DNA from: Eledone cirrhosa
Taxonomy: Eukaryota
DNA: 64,000 nucleotides
Assembly: GCA_964016885.1 (NCBI GenBank)
Contig: OZ024751.1
Span: 3,782,001 to 3,846,000, forward strand
Direction: 5' to 3'
The notes under the pieces were generated by a model, which saw nothing but the letters and a program-made list of their open reading frames with translations, did no database searches and had not been told where the DNA came from. Every line of letters begins with the position of its first letter. Within the stretch, counting starts at the first letter, position 1. The translations under genes were made by a program, and so were the position numbers. Of this stretch, positions 49,601 to 61,600 are shown piece after piece.

Positions 49601-52600
49601 TGGTAGTGGTGGTGAATTGTGTGGTGGTGGTGAGTGGGTGTGGTGGTAGTGGATTGTGTGGTGGTGGTGAGTGGGTGTGGTGGTAATGGTGGTGGATTGT
49701 GTGGTAGAGGTGAGTGGGTGTGGTGGTAGCGGTGGTGGATTGTGTGGTGGTGGTGAGTGGGAGTGGTGGTGGTGGTGGTGGATTGTGTGGTGGTGGTGGT
49801 GAGTGGGTCTGGTGGTAGTGGTGGTGGATTGTGTAGTGGTGGTGAGCGGGTGTGGTGGTAGTGGTGGTGGATTGTGTGGTAGAGGTGAGTGGGTGTGGTG
49901 GTAGTGGTGGTGGATTGTGTGGTAGAGGTGAGTGGGTGTGGTGGTAGCGGTGGTGGATTGTGTGGTGGTGGTGAGTGGGAGTGGTGGTGGTGGTGGTGGA
50001 TTGTGTGGTGGTGGTGGTGAGTGGGTCTGGTGGTAGTGGTGGTGGATTGTGTAGTGGTGGTGAGCGGGTGTGGTGGTAGTGGTGGTGGATTGTGTGGTAG
50101 AGGTGAGTGGGTGTGGTGGTAGTGGTGGTGGATTGTGTGGTAGAGGTGAGTGGGTGTGGTGGTAGCGGTGGTGGATTGTGTGGTGGTGGTGAGTGGGAGT
50201 GGTGGTGGAGGTGGTGGATTGTGTGGTGGTGGTGGTGAGTGGGTCTGGTGGTAGTGGTGGTGGATTGTGTAGTGGTGGTGAGCGGGTGTGGTGGTAGTGG
50301 TGGTGGATTGTGTGGTGGTGGTGAGTGGGTGTGGTGGTAGTGGATTGTGTGGTGGTTGTGAGTGGGTGTGGTGGTAATGGTGGTGGATTGTGTGGTAGAG
50401 GTGAGTGGGTGTGGTGGCAGTGGTGGTGGTGGTGAGTGGGTGTGGTGGTAGTGGTGGTGGATGTGTGGTAGATGTGAGTGGGTGTGGTGGTAGTGGTGGT
50501 GGATTGTGTGGTAGTGGTGAGTGGGTGTGGTGGTGGTGAGTGGGTGTGGTGGTAGTGGTGGTAGATTGTGTGGTAGAGGTGAGTGAGTGTGGTGGTAGTG
50601 GTGGTGGATTGTGCGGTGGTGGTGATGTGGATGTGGTGGTAGTGGTGGTGGATGGTGTGGTAGTGGTGAGTGGGTGTGGTGGTAGTGGTGGTGGATTGTG
50701 TAGTAGAGGTGAGTGGGTGTGGTGGTATTGGTGGTGGATTGTGTGGTGGTGGTGAGTGGGTGTAGTGGTAGTGGTGGTGGATTGTGTGGTGGTGGTGAGT
50801 GAGTGTGGTGGAAGTGGTGGTGGATTGTGTGATGGTGGTGAGTGGGTGTGGTGGAAGTGGTGGTGGGTTGTGTGGTGGTGGTGAGTGGGTGTGGTGGAAG
50901 TGGTGGTGGATTGTGTGGTGGGGTGAAGGGTGTGGTGGTGCTGGTGGTGGAATGTGTGGTGGTGGTGAGTGGGTCTGGTGGTAGTGGTCGTGGATTGTGT
51001 GGTGGAGGTGAGTGGGTGTGGTGGTAGTGGTGGTGGTGAGTGGGTGTGGTGGTAGTGGTGGTGGATTGTGTGGTGGTGGTGGTGAGTGGGTGTGGTGGTA
51101 GTGGTGGTGGATTGTGTGGTAGAGGTGAATGGGTGTGGTGGTAGTGGTGGTGAATCGTGTGGTCGTGGTGATGTGGGTGTCGTTGTAGTGGTGGTGGATT
51201 GTGTGGTGGTGGTGGTGAGTGGGTGCGGTGGTAGTGGTGGTGGATTGTGTGGTAGTGGTGATGTGGGTGTGGTGGTAGTGGTGGTGGATTGTGTGGTGGT
51301 GGTGAGTGGGTGTGGGGGTAGTGGTGCTGGATTGTGTGGTAGAGGTGAGTGGGTGTGGTGGTAGTGGTGGTGGATTGTGTGGTGGTGGTGAGTGGGTGTG
51401 GTGGTAGTGGTGGTGGATTGTGTGGTGGTGGTGAGTGGATGCGGTGGTAGTGGTGGTGCATTGTGTCGCGGTGGTTTTGTGGGTGTGGTGGTAGTGGTGG
51501 TGGATTGTGTGGTAGAGGGAGGGGGTGTGGTGGTAGTGGTGGTGGATTGTGTGGTGGTGGTGAGTGGGTTGGGTGGTAGTGATGGTGGATTGTGTGGTGG
51601 TGGTGAGTGGGTGTGGTGGTAGTGTTGGTGGATTGTGTGGTAGAGGTGAGTGGTGTGGTGGTAGTAGTGGATTGTGTGGTGGTGGTGAGTGGGTGTGATG
51701 GTAGTGCTGGTGGATTGTGGGGTGGTGGTGAGTGGGTGTGGTGGTGGTGGTGGTGGATTCTGTGGTAGAGGTGAATGTGTGTGCTCGTAGTGGTGGTGGA
51801 TAGTTTGGTGGTGGATTGTGTGGTGGTGGTGATGTGGGTGTCGTGGTAGTGGTGATGGATTGTGTGGTGGTGGTGATGTGGGTGTGGTGGTAGTGGTGGT
51901 GGTGAGTGGGTGTGGTGGTAGTGGTGGTGGATTGTGTGGTGGTGGTGAGCGAGTGTGGTGGTAGTGGTGGTGGATTGTGTGGTGGTGGTGATGTGGGTGC
52001 GGTGGTAGTGGTGGTGGATTGTGTGGTGGTGGTGAGTGAGTGTGGTGGAAGTGGTGGTGGATTGTGTGATGGTGGTGAGTGGGTGTGGTGGAAGTGGTGG
52101 TGGGTTGTGTGGTGGTGGTGAGTGGGTGTGGTGGAAGTGGTGGTGGATTGTGTGGTGGGGTGAAGGGTGTGGTGGTGGTGGTGGTGGAATGTGTGGTGGT
52201 GGTGAGTGGGTCTGGTGGTAGTGGTCGTGGATTGTGTGGTGGAGGTGAGTGGGTGTGGTGGTAGTGGTGGTGGTGAGTGGGTGTGGTGGTGGTGAGTGGG
52301 TGTGGTGGTAGTGGTGGTAGATTGTGTGGTAGAGGTGAGTGAGTGTGGTGGTAGTGGTGGTGGATTGTGCGGTGGTGGTGATGTGGATGTGGTGGTAGTG
52401 GTGGTGGATGGTGTGGTAGTGGTGAGTGGGTGTGGTGGTAGTGGTGGTGGATTGTGTAGTAGAGGTGAGTGGGTGTGGTGGTAGTGGTGGTGGATTGTGT
52501 GGTGGTGGTGAGTGGGTGTAGTGGTAGTGGTGGTGGATTGTGTGGTGGTGGTGAGTGAGTGTGGTGGAAGTGGTGGTGGATTGTGTGATGGTGGTGAGTG

Positions 52601-55600
52601 GGTGTGGTGGAAGTGGTGGTGGGTTGTGTGGTGGTGGTGAGTGGGTGTGGTGGATTGTGTGGTGGGGTGAAGGGTGTGGTGGTGGTGGTGGTGGAATGTG
52701 TGGTGGTGGTGAGTGGGTCTGGTGGTAGTGGTCGTGGATTGTGTGGTGGAGGTGAGTGGGTGTGGTGGTAGTGGTGGTGGTGAGTGGGTGTGGTGGTAGT
52801 GGTGGTGGATTGTGTGGTGGTGGTGAGTTGGTGTGGTGGTAGTGGTGGTGGATTGTGTGGTAGAGGTGAATGGGTGTGGTGGTAGTGGTGGTGGATCGTG
52901 TGGTCGTGGTGATGTGGGTGTCGTTGTAGTGGTGGTGGATTGTGTGGTGGTGGTGGTGAGTGGGTGCGGTGGTAGTGGTGGTGGATTGTGTGGTAGTGGT
53001 GATGTGGGTGTGGTGGTAGTGGTGGTGGATTGTGTGGTGGTGGTGAGTGGGTGTGGGGGTAGTGGTGCTGGATTGTGTGGTAGAGGTGAGTGGGTGTGGT
53101 GGTAGTGGTGTTGGATTGTGTGGTGGTGGTGAGTGGGTGTGGTGGTAGTGGTGGTGGATTGTGTGGTGGTGGTGAGTGGCTGCGGTGGTAGTGGTGGTGC
53201 ATTGTGTCGCGGTGGTTTTGTGGGTGTGGTGGTAGTGGTGGTGGATTGTGTGGTAGAGGGAGTGGGTGTGGTGGTAGTGGTGGTGGATTGTGTGGTGGTG
53301 GTGAGTGGGTTGGGTGGTAGTGATGGTGGATTGTGTGGTGGTGGTGAGTGGGTGTGGTGGTAGTGGTGGTGGATTGTGTGGTGGTGGTGAGTGGGTGTGG
53401 TGGTAGTGTTGGTGGATTGTGTGGTAGAGGTGAGTGGTGTGGTGGTAGTAGTGGATTGTGTGGTGGTGGTGAGTGGGTGTGATGGTAGTGCTGGTGGATT
53501 GTGGGGTGGTGGTGAGTGGGTGTGGTGGTGGTGGTGGTGGATTCTGTGGTAGAGGTGAATGTGTGTGCTCGTAGTGGTGGTGGATAGTTTGGTGGTGGAT
53601 TGTGTGGTGGTGGTGATGTGGGTGTCGTGGTAGTGGTGATGGATTGTGTGGTGGTGGTGATGTGGGTGTGGTGGTAGTGGTGGTGGTGAGTGGGTGTGGT
53701 GGTAGTGGTGGTGGATTGTGTGGTGGTGGTGAGCGAGTGTGGTGGTAGTGGTGGTGGATTGTGTGGTGGTGGTGATGTGGGTGCGGTGGTAGTGGTGGTG
53801 GATTGTGTGGTGGTGGTGAGTGAGTGTGGTGGAAGTGGTGGTGGATTGTGTGATGGTGGTGAGTGGGTGTGGTGGAAGTGGTGGTGGGTTGTGTGGTGGT
53901 GGTGAGTGGGTGTGGTGGAAGTGGTGGTGGATTGTGTGGTGGGGTGAAGGGTGTGGTGGTGGTGGTGGTGGAATGTGTGGTGGTGGTGAGTGGGTCTGGT
54001 GGTAGTGGTCGTGGATTGTGTGGTGGAGGTGAGTGGGTGTGGTGGTAGTGGTGGTGGTGAGTGGGTGTGGTGGTGGTGAGTGGGTGTGGTGGTAGTGGTG
54101 GTAGATTGTGTGGTAGAGGTGAGTGAGTGTGGTGGTAGTGGTGGTGGATTGTGCGGTGGTGGTGATGTGGATGTGGTGGTAGTGGTGGTGGATGGTGTGG
54201 TAGTGGTGAGTGGGTGTGGTGGTAGTGGTGGTGGATTGTGTAGTAGAGGTGAGTGGGTGTGGTGGTAGTGGTGGTGGATTGTGTGGTGGTGGTGAGTGGG
54301 TGTAGTGGTAGTGGTGGTGGATTGTGTGGTGGTGGTGAGTGAGTGTGGTGGAAGTGGTGGTGGATTGTGTGATGGTGGTGAGTGGGTGTGGTGGAAGTGG
54401 TGGTGGGTTGTGTGGTGGTGGTGAGTGGGTGTGGTGGATTGTGTGGTGGGGTGAAAGGTGTGGTGGTGGTGGTGGTGGAATGTGTGGTGGTGGTGAGTGG
54501 GTCTGGTGGTAGTGGTCGTGGATTGTGTGGTGGAGGTGAGTGGGTGTGGTGGTAGTGGTGGTGGTGAGTGGGTGTGGTGGTAGTGGTGGTGGATTGTGTG
54601 GTGGTGGTGAGTTGGTGTGGTGGTAGTGGTGGTGGATTGTGTGGTAGAGGTGAATGGGTGTGGTGGTAGTGGTGGTGGATCGTGTGGTCGTGGTGATGTG
54701 GGTGTCGTTGTAGTGGTGGTGGATTGTGTGGTGGTGGTGGTGAGTGGGTGCGGTGGTAGTGGTGGTGGATTGTGTGGTAGTGGTGATGTGGGTGTGGTGG
54801 TAGTGGTGGTGGATTGTGTGGTGGTGGTGAGTGGGTGTGGGGGTAGTGGTGCTGGATTGTGTGGTAGAGGTGAGTGGGTGTGGTGGTAGTGGTGGTGGAT
54901 TGTGTGGTGGTGGTGAGTGGGTGTGGTGGTAGTGGTGGTGGATTGTGTGGTGGTGGTGAGTGGCTGCGGTGGTAGTGGTGGTGCATTGTGTCGCGGTGGT
55001 TTTGTGGGTGTGGTGGTAGTGGTGGTGGATTGTGTGGTAGAGGGAGTGGGTGTGGTGGTAGTGGTGGTGGATTGTGTGGTGGTGGTGAGTGGGTTGGGTG
55101 GTAGTGATGGTGGATTGTGTGGTGGTGGTGAGTGGGTGTGGTGGTAGTGGTGGTGGATTGTGTGGTGGTGGTGAGTGGGTGTGGTGGTAGTGTTGGTGGA
55201 TTGTGTGGTAGAGGTGAGTGGGTGTGGTGGTAGTGGTGGATTGTGTGGTGGTGGTGAGTGGGTGTGATGGTAGTGCTGGTGGATTGTGGGGTGGTGGTGA
55301 GTGGGTGTGGTGGTGGTGGTGGTGGATTCTGTGGTAGAGGTGAATGTGTGTGCTCGTAGTGGTGGTGGATAGTTTGGTGGTGGATTGTGTGGTGGTGGTG
55401 ATGTGGGTGTCGTGGTAGTGGTGATGGATTGTGTGGTGGTGGTGATGTGGGTGTGGTGGTAGTGGTGGTGGATTGTGTGGTGGTGGTGAGTGGGTGTGGT
55501 GGTATTGGTGGTGGATTGTGTTGTGGTGGTCAGTGGGTGTGGTGGTAGTGGTGGTGGATTGTGTGGTAGAGGTGAGTGGGTGTGGTGGTAGTGGTGGTGG

Positions 55601-58600
55601 ATTGTGTGGTGGTGGTGAGTGGGTGTGGTGGTTGTGGTGGTGGATTGTGTGGTAGAGTTGAGTGGGTGTGTTGGTAGTGGTGGTGGATTGTGTGGTGGTG
55701 GTGAGTGGGTGTGGTGGTAGTGGTGTTGGATTGTGTGGTAGAGGTGAGTGGGTGTGTTGGTAGTGGTGGTGGTTTGTGTGATGGTGGTGGTGAGTGGGTG
55801 TGGTGATGGATTGTGTAGTAGAGGTGAGTGTGTGTGGTGGTAGTGGTGGTGGATTGTATGGTAGTGGTGAGTGGGTGTGGTGGTAGAGGTGGTGGATCGT
55901 GTGGTCGTGGTGAGTGGGTGTGGTGGTAGTGGTGGTGGATTGTGTGGTAGTGGTGAGTGGGTGTGGTGGTAGTGGTAGTGGTAGTGTATTGTGTCGTAGA
56001 GGTGAGTGGGTGTGGTGGTAGTGGTGGTGGATTGTGTGGTAGAGGTGAGTGGGTGTGGTGGTAGTGGTGGTGGTTTGTGTGGTAGAGGTGAGTGGGTGTG
56101 GTGGTAGTGATGGTGGATTGTGTGGTGGTGGTGAGTGGGTGTGTTGGTAGTGGTGGTGGATTGTGTGGTGGTGGTGAGTGGGTGTGGTGGTAGTGGTGGT
56201 GGATTGTGTGGTAGAGGTGAGTGAGTGTGGTGGTAGTGGTGGTGGGTTGTGTGGTGGTGGTGTGTGGGTGTGGTGGTAGTGGTGGTGGATTGTGTGGTGG
56301 TGGTGAGTGGATGTGATGGTAGTGGTGGTGGATTGTGTGGTATAGGTGAATGGGTGTGGTGGTAGTGGTGGTGGATTGTGTGGTGGTGGTGATGTGGGTG
56401 TCGTGGTAGTGGTGATGGATTGTGTGGTGGTGGTGATGTGGGTGTGGTGGTAGTGGTGGTTGATTGTGTGGTGGTGGTGAGTGGGTGTGGTGGTAGTGGT
56501 GGTGGATTGTGTGGTGGTGGTGAGTGGGTGTGGTGGTAGTGGTGGTGGATTGTGTGGTGGTGGTTTTGTGGGTGTGGTGGTAGTGGTGGTGGATTGTGTG
56601 GTGGTGGAATGTGTGGTGGTGTTGAGTGGGTGTGGTTTTAGTGGGGGTGGATTCTGTGATAGTGGTGAGTGGGTGTGGTGGTAGTGGTGGTGGATTGTGT
56701 GGTGGTGGTGAGTGGGTGTGGTTTTAGTGGGGGTGGATTCTGTGATAGTGGTGAGTGGGTGTGGTGGTAGTGGTGGTGGATTGTGTGGTAGAGGTGAGTG
56801 GGTGTGGTGGTAGTGGTGGTGGATTGTGTGGTGGTGGTGAGTGGGTGTGGTGGTAGTGGTGGTGGATTGTGTGGTAGAGGTGAGTGGGTGTGGTGGTAGT
56901 GGTGGTGGATTGTGTGGTGGTGGTGATGTGGGTGTGGTGGTAGTGGTGGTGGATTGTGTGGTGGTGGTGATGTGGGTGTGGTGGTAGTGGTGGTTGATTG
57001 TGTGGTGGTGGTGAGTGGGTGTGGTGGTAGTGGTGGTGGATTGTGTGGTGGTGGTGAGTGGGTGTGGTGGTAGTGGTGGTGGATTGTGTGGTGGTGGTGA
57101 GTGGGTGTGGTGGTAGTGGTGGTGGATTGTGTGGTAGAGGTGAGTGGGTGTGGTGGTAGTGGTGGTGGAATGTGTGGTGGTGGTGAGTGGGTGTGGTGGT
57201 AGTGGTGGTGGATTGTGTGGTAGAGGTGAGTGGGTGTGGTGGTAGTGGTGGTGGAATGTGTGGTGGTGGTGAGTGGGTGTGGTGGTAGTGGTGGTGGATT
57301 GTGTGGTAGAGGTGAGTGGGTGTGGTGGTAGTGGTGGTGGATTGTGTGGTGGTGGTGATGTGGGTGTGGTGGTAGTGGTGGTGGATTGTGTGGTGGTGGT
57401 GATGTGGGTGTGGTGGTAGTGGTGGTTGATTGTGTGGTGGTGGTGAGTGGGTGTGGTGGTAGTGGTGGTGGATTGTGTGGTGGTGGTGAGTGGGTGTGGT
57501 GGTAGTGGTGGTGGATTGTGTGGTGGTGGTGAGTGGGTGTGGTGGTAGTGGTGGTGGATTGTGTGGTGGTGGTTTTGTGGGTGTGGTGGTAGTGGTGGTG
57601 GATTGTGTGGTGGTGGTGAGTGGGTGTGGTGGTAGTGGTGGTGGAATGTGTGGTGGTGTTGAGTGGGTGTGGTTTTAGTGGGGGTGGATTCTGTGATAGT
57701 GGTGAGTGGGTGTGGTGGTAGTGGTGGTGGATTGTGTGGTGGTGGTGAGTGGGTGTGGTTTTAGTGGGGGTGGATTCTGTGATAGTGGTGAGTGGGTGTG
57801 GTGGTAGTGGTGGTGGATTGTGTGGTAGAGGTGAGTGGGTGTGGTGGTAGTGGTGGTGGATTGTGTGGTGGTGGTGATGTGGGTGTGGTGGTAGTGGTGG
57901 TGGATTGTGTGGTGGTGGTGAGTGGGTGTGGTGGTAGTGGTGGTGGATTGTGTGATGGTGGTGAGTGGTTGTGGTGGAAGTGGTGGTGGATTGTGTGGTA
58001 GAGGTGAGTGTGTGTGGTGGTAGTGGTGGTGGATTGTGTGTTAGAGGTGAGTGTGTGTGGTGGTAGTGGTGGTGGATTGTGTGGTGGTGGTGGTGAGTGG
58101 GTGTGGTGATGGATTGTGTAGTAGAGGTGAGTGGGTGTGGTGGTAGTGGTGGTGGATTGTGTGGTAGAGGTGAGTGGGTGTGTTGGTAGTGGTGGTGGAT
58201 TGTGTGGTGGTGGTGGTGAGTGGGTGTGGTGATGGATTGTGTAGTAGAGGTGAGTGGGTGTGGTGGTAGTGGTGGTGGATTGTATGGTAGTGGTGAGTGG
58301 GTCTGGTGGTAGTGGTGGTGGATTGTGTGGTAGTGGTGAGTGGGTGTGTTGGTAGTGGTGGTGGTTTGTGTGATGGTGGTGGTGAGTGGGTGTGGTGATG
58401 GATTGTGTGGTGGTGGTGAGTGGGTGTGTTGGTAGTGGTGGTGGATTGCGTGGTGGTGGTGAGTGGGTGTGGTGGAAGTGGTGGTGGATTGTGTGGTAGA
58501 GGTGAGTGGGTGTTGTGGTAGTGGTGGTGGATTGCGTGGTGGTGGTGAGTGGGTGTGGTGGTAGTGGTGGTGGATTGTGTGGTGGTGGTGAGTGGGTGTG

Positions 58601-61600
58601 GTGGTAGTGGTGGTGGATTGTGTGGTGGTGGTGAGTGGGTGTGGTGGTAGTGGTGGTGGATTGTGTGGTAGAGGTGAGTGGGTGTGGTGGTAGTGGTGGG
58701 GGATTGTGTGGTGTTGGTGAGTGGGTGTGTTGGTAGTGGTGGTGGATTGTGTTGTGGTGGTCAGTGGGTGTGGTGGTAGTGGTGGTGGATTGTGTTGTGG
58801 TGGTGAGTGGGTGTGATGGTAGTGGTGGTGGATTGTGTGGTGGTGGTGAGTGGGTGTGGTGGTAGTGGTGGTGGATTGTGTGGTAGAGGTGATTGGGTGT
58901 GGTGGTAGTGGTGGGGGATTGTGTGGTGGTGGTGAGTGGGTGTGTTGGTAGTGGTGGTGGATTGTGTGGTAGAGGTGAGGGGGTGTGGTGGTGGATTGTG
59001 TGGTGGTGGTGAGTGGGTGTGGTGGTAGTGGTGGTGGATTGTGTGGTAGAGTTGAGTGGGTGTGTTGGTAGTGGTGGTTGATTGTGTGGTGGTGGTGAGT
59101 GGGTGTGGTGGTAGTGGTGGTGGATTGTGTGGTAGAGGTGAGTGGGTGTGGTGGTAGTGGTGGTGGATTGTTTGGTGGTGGTGAGTGGGTGTGGTGGTAG
59201 TGGTGGTGGATTGTGTGGTAGAGTTGAGTGGGTGTGTTGGTAGTGGTGGTTGATTGTGTGGTGGTGGTGAGTGGGTGTGTTGGTAGTGGTGGTGGATTGT
59301 GTGGTGGTGGTGAGTGGGTGTGGTGGTAGTGGTGGTGGATTGTGTGGTAGAGGTGAGTGGGTGTGTTGGTAGTGGTGGTGGTTTGTGTGATGGTGGTGGT
59401 GAGTGGGTGTGGTGGTAGTGGTGGTGGATTGTGTGGTGGTGGTGAGTGGGTGTGGTGGTAGTGGTGGTGGATTGTGTGGTAGAGGTGAGTGGGTGTGTTG
59501 GTAGTGGTGGTGGTTTGTGTGATGGTGGTGGTGAGTGGGTGTGGTGGTAGAGGTGGTGGATTGTGTGGTGGTGGTGAGTGGGTGTGGTGGTAGTGGTGGT
59601 GGATTGTGTGGTAGTGGTGAGTGGGTGCTGTGATAGTGGTGGTGGATTGTGTGGTAGAGGTGAGTGGATGTGGTGGTAGTGGTAGTGTATTGTGTCGTAG
59701 AGGTGAGTGCGTGTGGTGGTAGTGGTGGTGGATTGTGTGGTAGTGGTGAGTGGGTGTGGTGGTAGTGATGGTGGATTGTGTGGTAGAGGTGAGTGGGTGT
59801 GGTGGTAGTGGTGGTGGTTTGTGTGGTAGAGGTGAGTGGTGTGGTGGTAGTGATGGTGGATTTTGTGGTGGTGGTGAGTGGGTGTGTTGGTAGTGGTGGT
59901 GGATTTTGTGGTGGTGGTGAGTGGGTGTGGTGGTAGTGGTGGTGGATTGTGTGGTAGAGGTGAGTGAGTGTGGTGGTAGTGGTGGTGGATTGTGTGGTGA
60001 TGGTGAGTGGGTGTGGTGGTAGTGGTGGTGGATTGTGTGGTGGTGGTGAGTGGGTGTGATGGTAGTGGTGGTGGATTGTGTGTTATAGGTGAATTGGTGT
60101 GGTGGTAGTGGTGGTGGATTGTGTGGTGGTGGTGATGTGGGTGTCGTGGTAGTGGTGATGGATTGTGTGGTGGTGGTGATGTGGGTGTGGATTGTGTGGT
60201 GGTGGTGAGTGGGTGTGTTGGTAGTGGTGGTGGATTGTGTGGTGGTGGTGAGTGGGTGTGGTGGTAGTGGTGGTGGATTGTGTGGTAGAGGTGAGTGGGT
60301 GTGTTGGTAGTGGTGGTAGATTGTGTGGTGGTTGTGAGTGGGTGTGTTGGTAGTGGTGGTGGTTTGTGTGATGGTGGTGGTGAGTGGGTGTGGTGATGGA
60401 TTGTGTAGTAGAGGTGAGTGGGTGTGATGGTAGTGGTGGTGGATTGTATGGTAGTGGTGAGTGGGTCTGGTGGTAGTGGTGGTGGATTGTGTGGTAGTGG
60501 TGAGTGGGTGTGGTGGTAGAGGTGGTGGATTGTGTGGTGGTGGTGAGTGGGTCTGGTGGTAGTGGTGGTGGATTGTGTGGTAGTGGTGAGTGGGTGTGGT
60601 GGTAGTGGTGGTGGATTGTGTGGTAGAGGTGAGTGGATGTGGTGGTAGTGGTAGTGTATTGTGTCGTAGAGGTGAGTGGGTGTGGTGGTAGTGGGGGTGG
60701 ATTGTGTGGTAGAGGTGAGTGGGTGTGGTGGTAGTGGTGGTGGATTGTGTGGTAGAGGTGAGTGGGTGTGGTGGTAGTGGTGGTGGATTGTGTGGTGGTG
60801 GTGAGTGGGTGTGTTGGTAGTGGTGGTGGATTGTGTGGTAGAGGTGAGTGGGTGTGGTGGTAGTGTTGGTGGATTGTGTGGTAGAGGTGAGTGGGTGTGG
60901 TGGTATTGGTGGTGGATTGTGTTGTGGTGGTCAGTGGGTGTGGTGGTAGTGGTGGTGGATTGTGTGGTAGAGGTGATTGGGTGTGGTGGTAGTGGTGGTG
61001 GATTGTGTGGTAGAGGTGTGTGGGTGTGGTGGTAGTGGTGGTGGATTGTGTTGTGGTGGTGAGTGGGTGTGGTGGTAGTGGTGGTGGATTGTGTTGTGGT
61101 GGTGAGTGGGTGTGGTGGTAGTGGTGTTGGATTGTGTGGTAGAGGTGAGTGGGTGTGTTGGTACTGGTGGTGGTTTGTGTGGTAGAGGTGAGTGGGTGTG
61201 GTGGTAGTGGTGGTGGATTGTGTAGTGCTGGTGAGTGGGTGTGGTGGTAGTGGTGGTGGATTGTGTTGTGGTGGTGAGTGGGTGTGGTGGTAGTGGGGGT
61301 GGATTGTGTGGTAGTGGTGAGTGGGTGTGGTGGTAGTGGTGGTGGATTGTGTGGTAGAGGTAAGTGGGTGTGGTGGTAGTGGTGGTGGATTGTGTGGTAG
61401 AGGTGAGTGGGTGTGGTGGTAGTGGTGGTGGATTGTGTTGTGGTGGTCAGTGGGTGTGGTGGTAGTGGTGGTGGATTGTGTGGTAGAGGTGAGTGGGTGT
61501 GGTGGTAGTGGTGGTGGATTGTGTGGTAGAGGTGAGTGGGTGTGGTGGTAGTGGTGGTGGATTGTGTTGTGGTGGTGAGTGGGTGTGGTGGTAGTGGTGA

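Noticed and set aside
46636-54986. 2188-aa and 2773-aa His/Thr/Pro-rich ORFs (extensin/mucin-like)
   Set aside because: The C/A-rich strand of the 43-bp unit lacks stop codons in every frame; 43 is not a multiple of 3, so all frames give the same cycling peptide, and indels are not frame-constrained.
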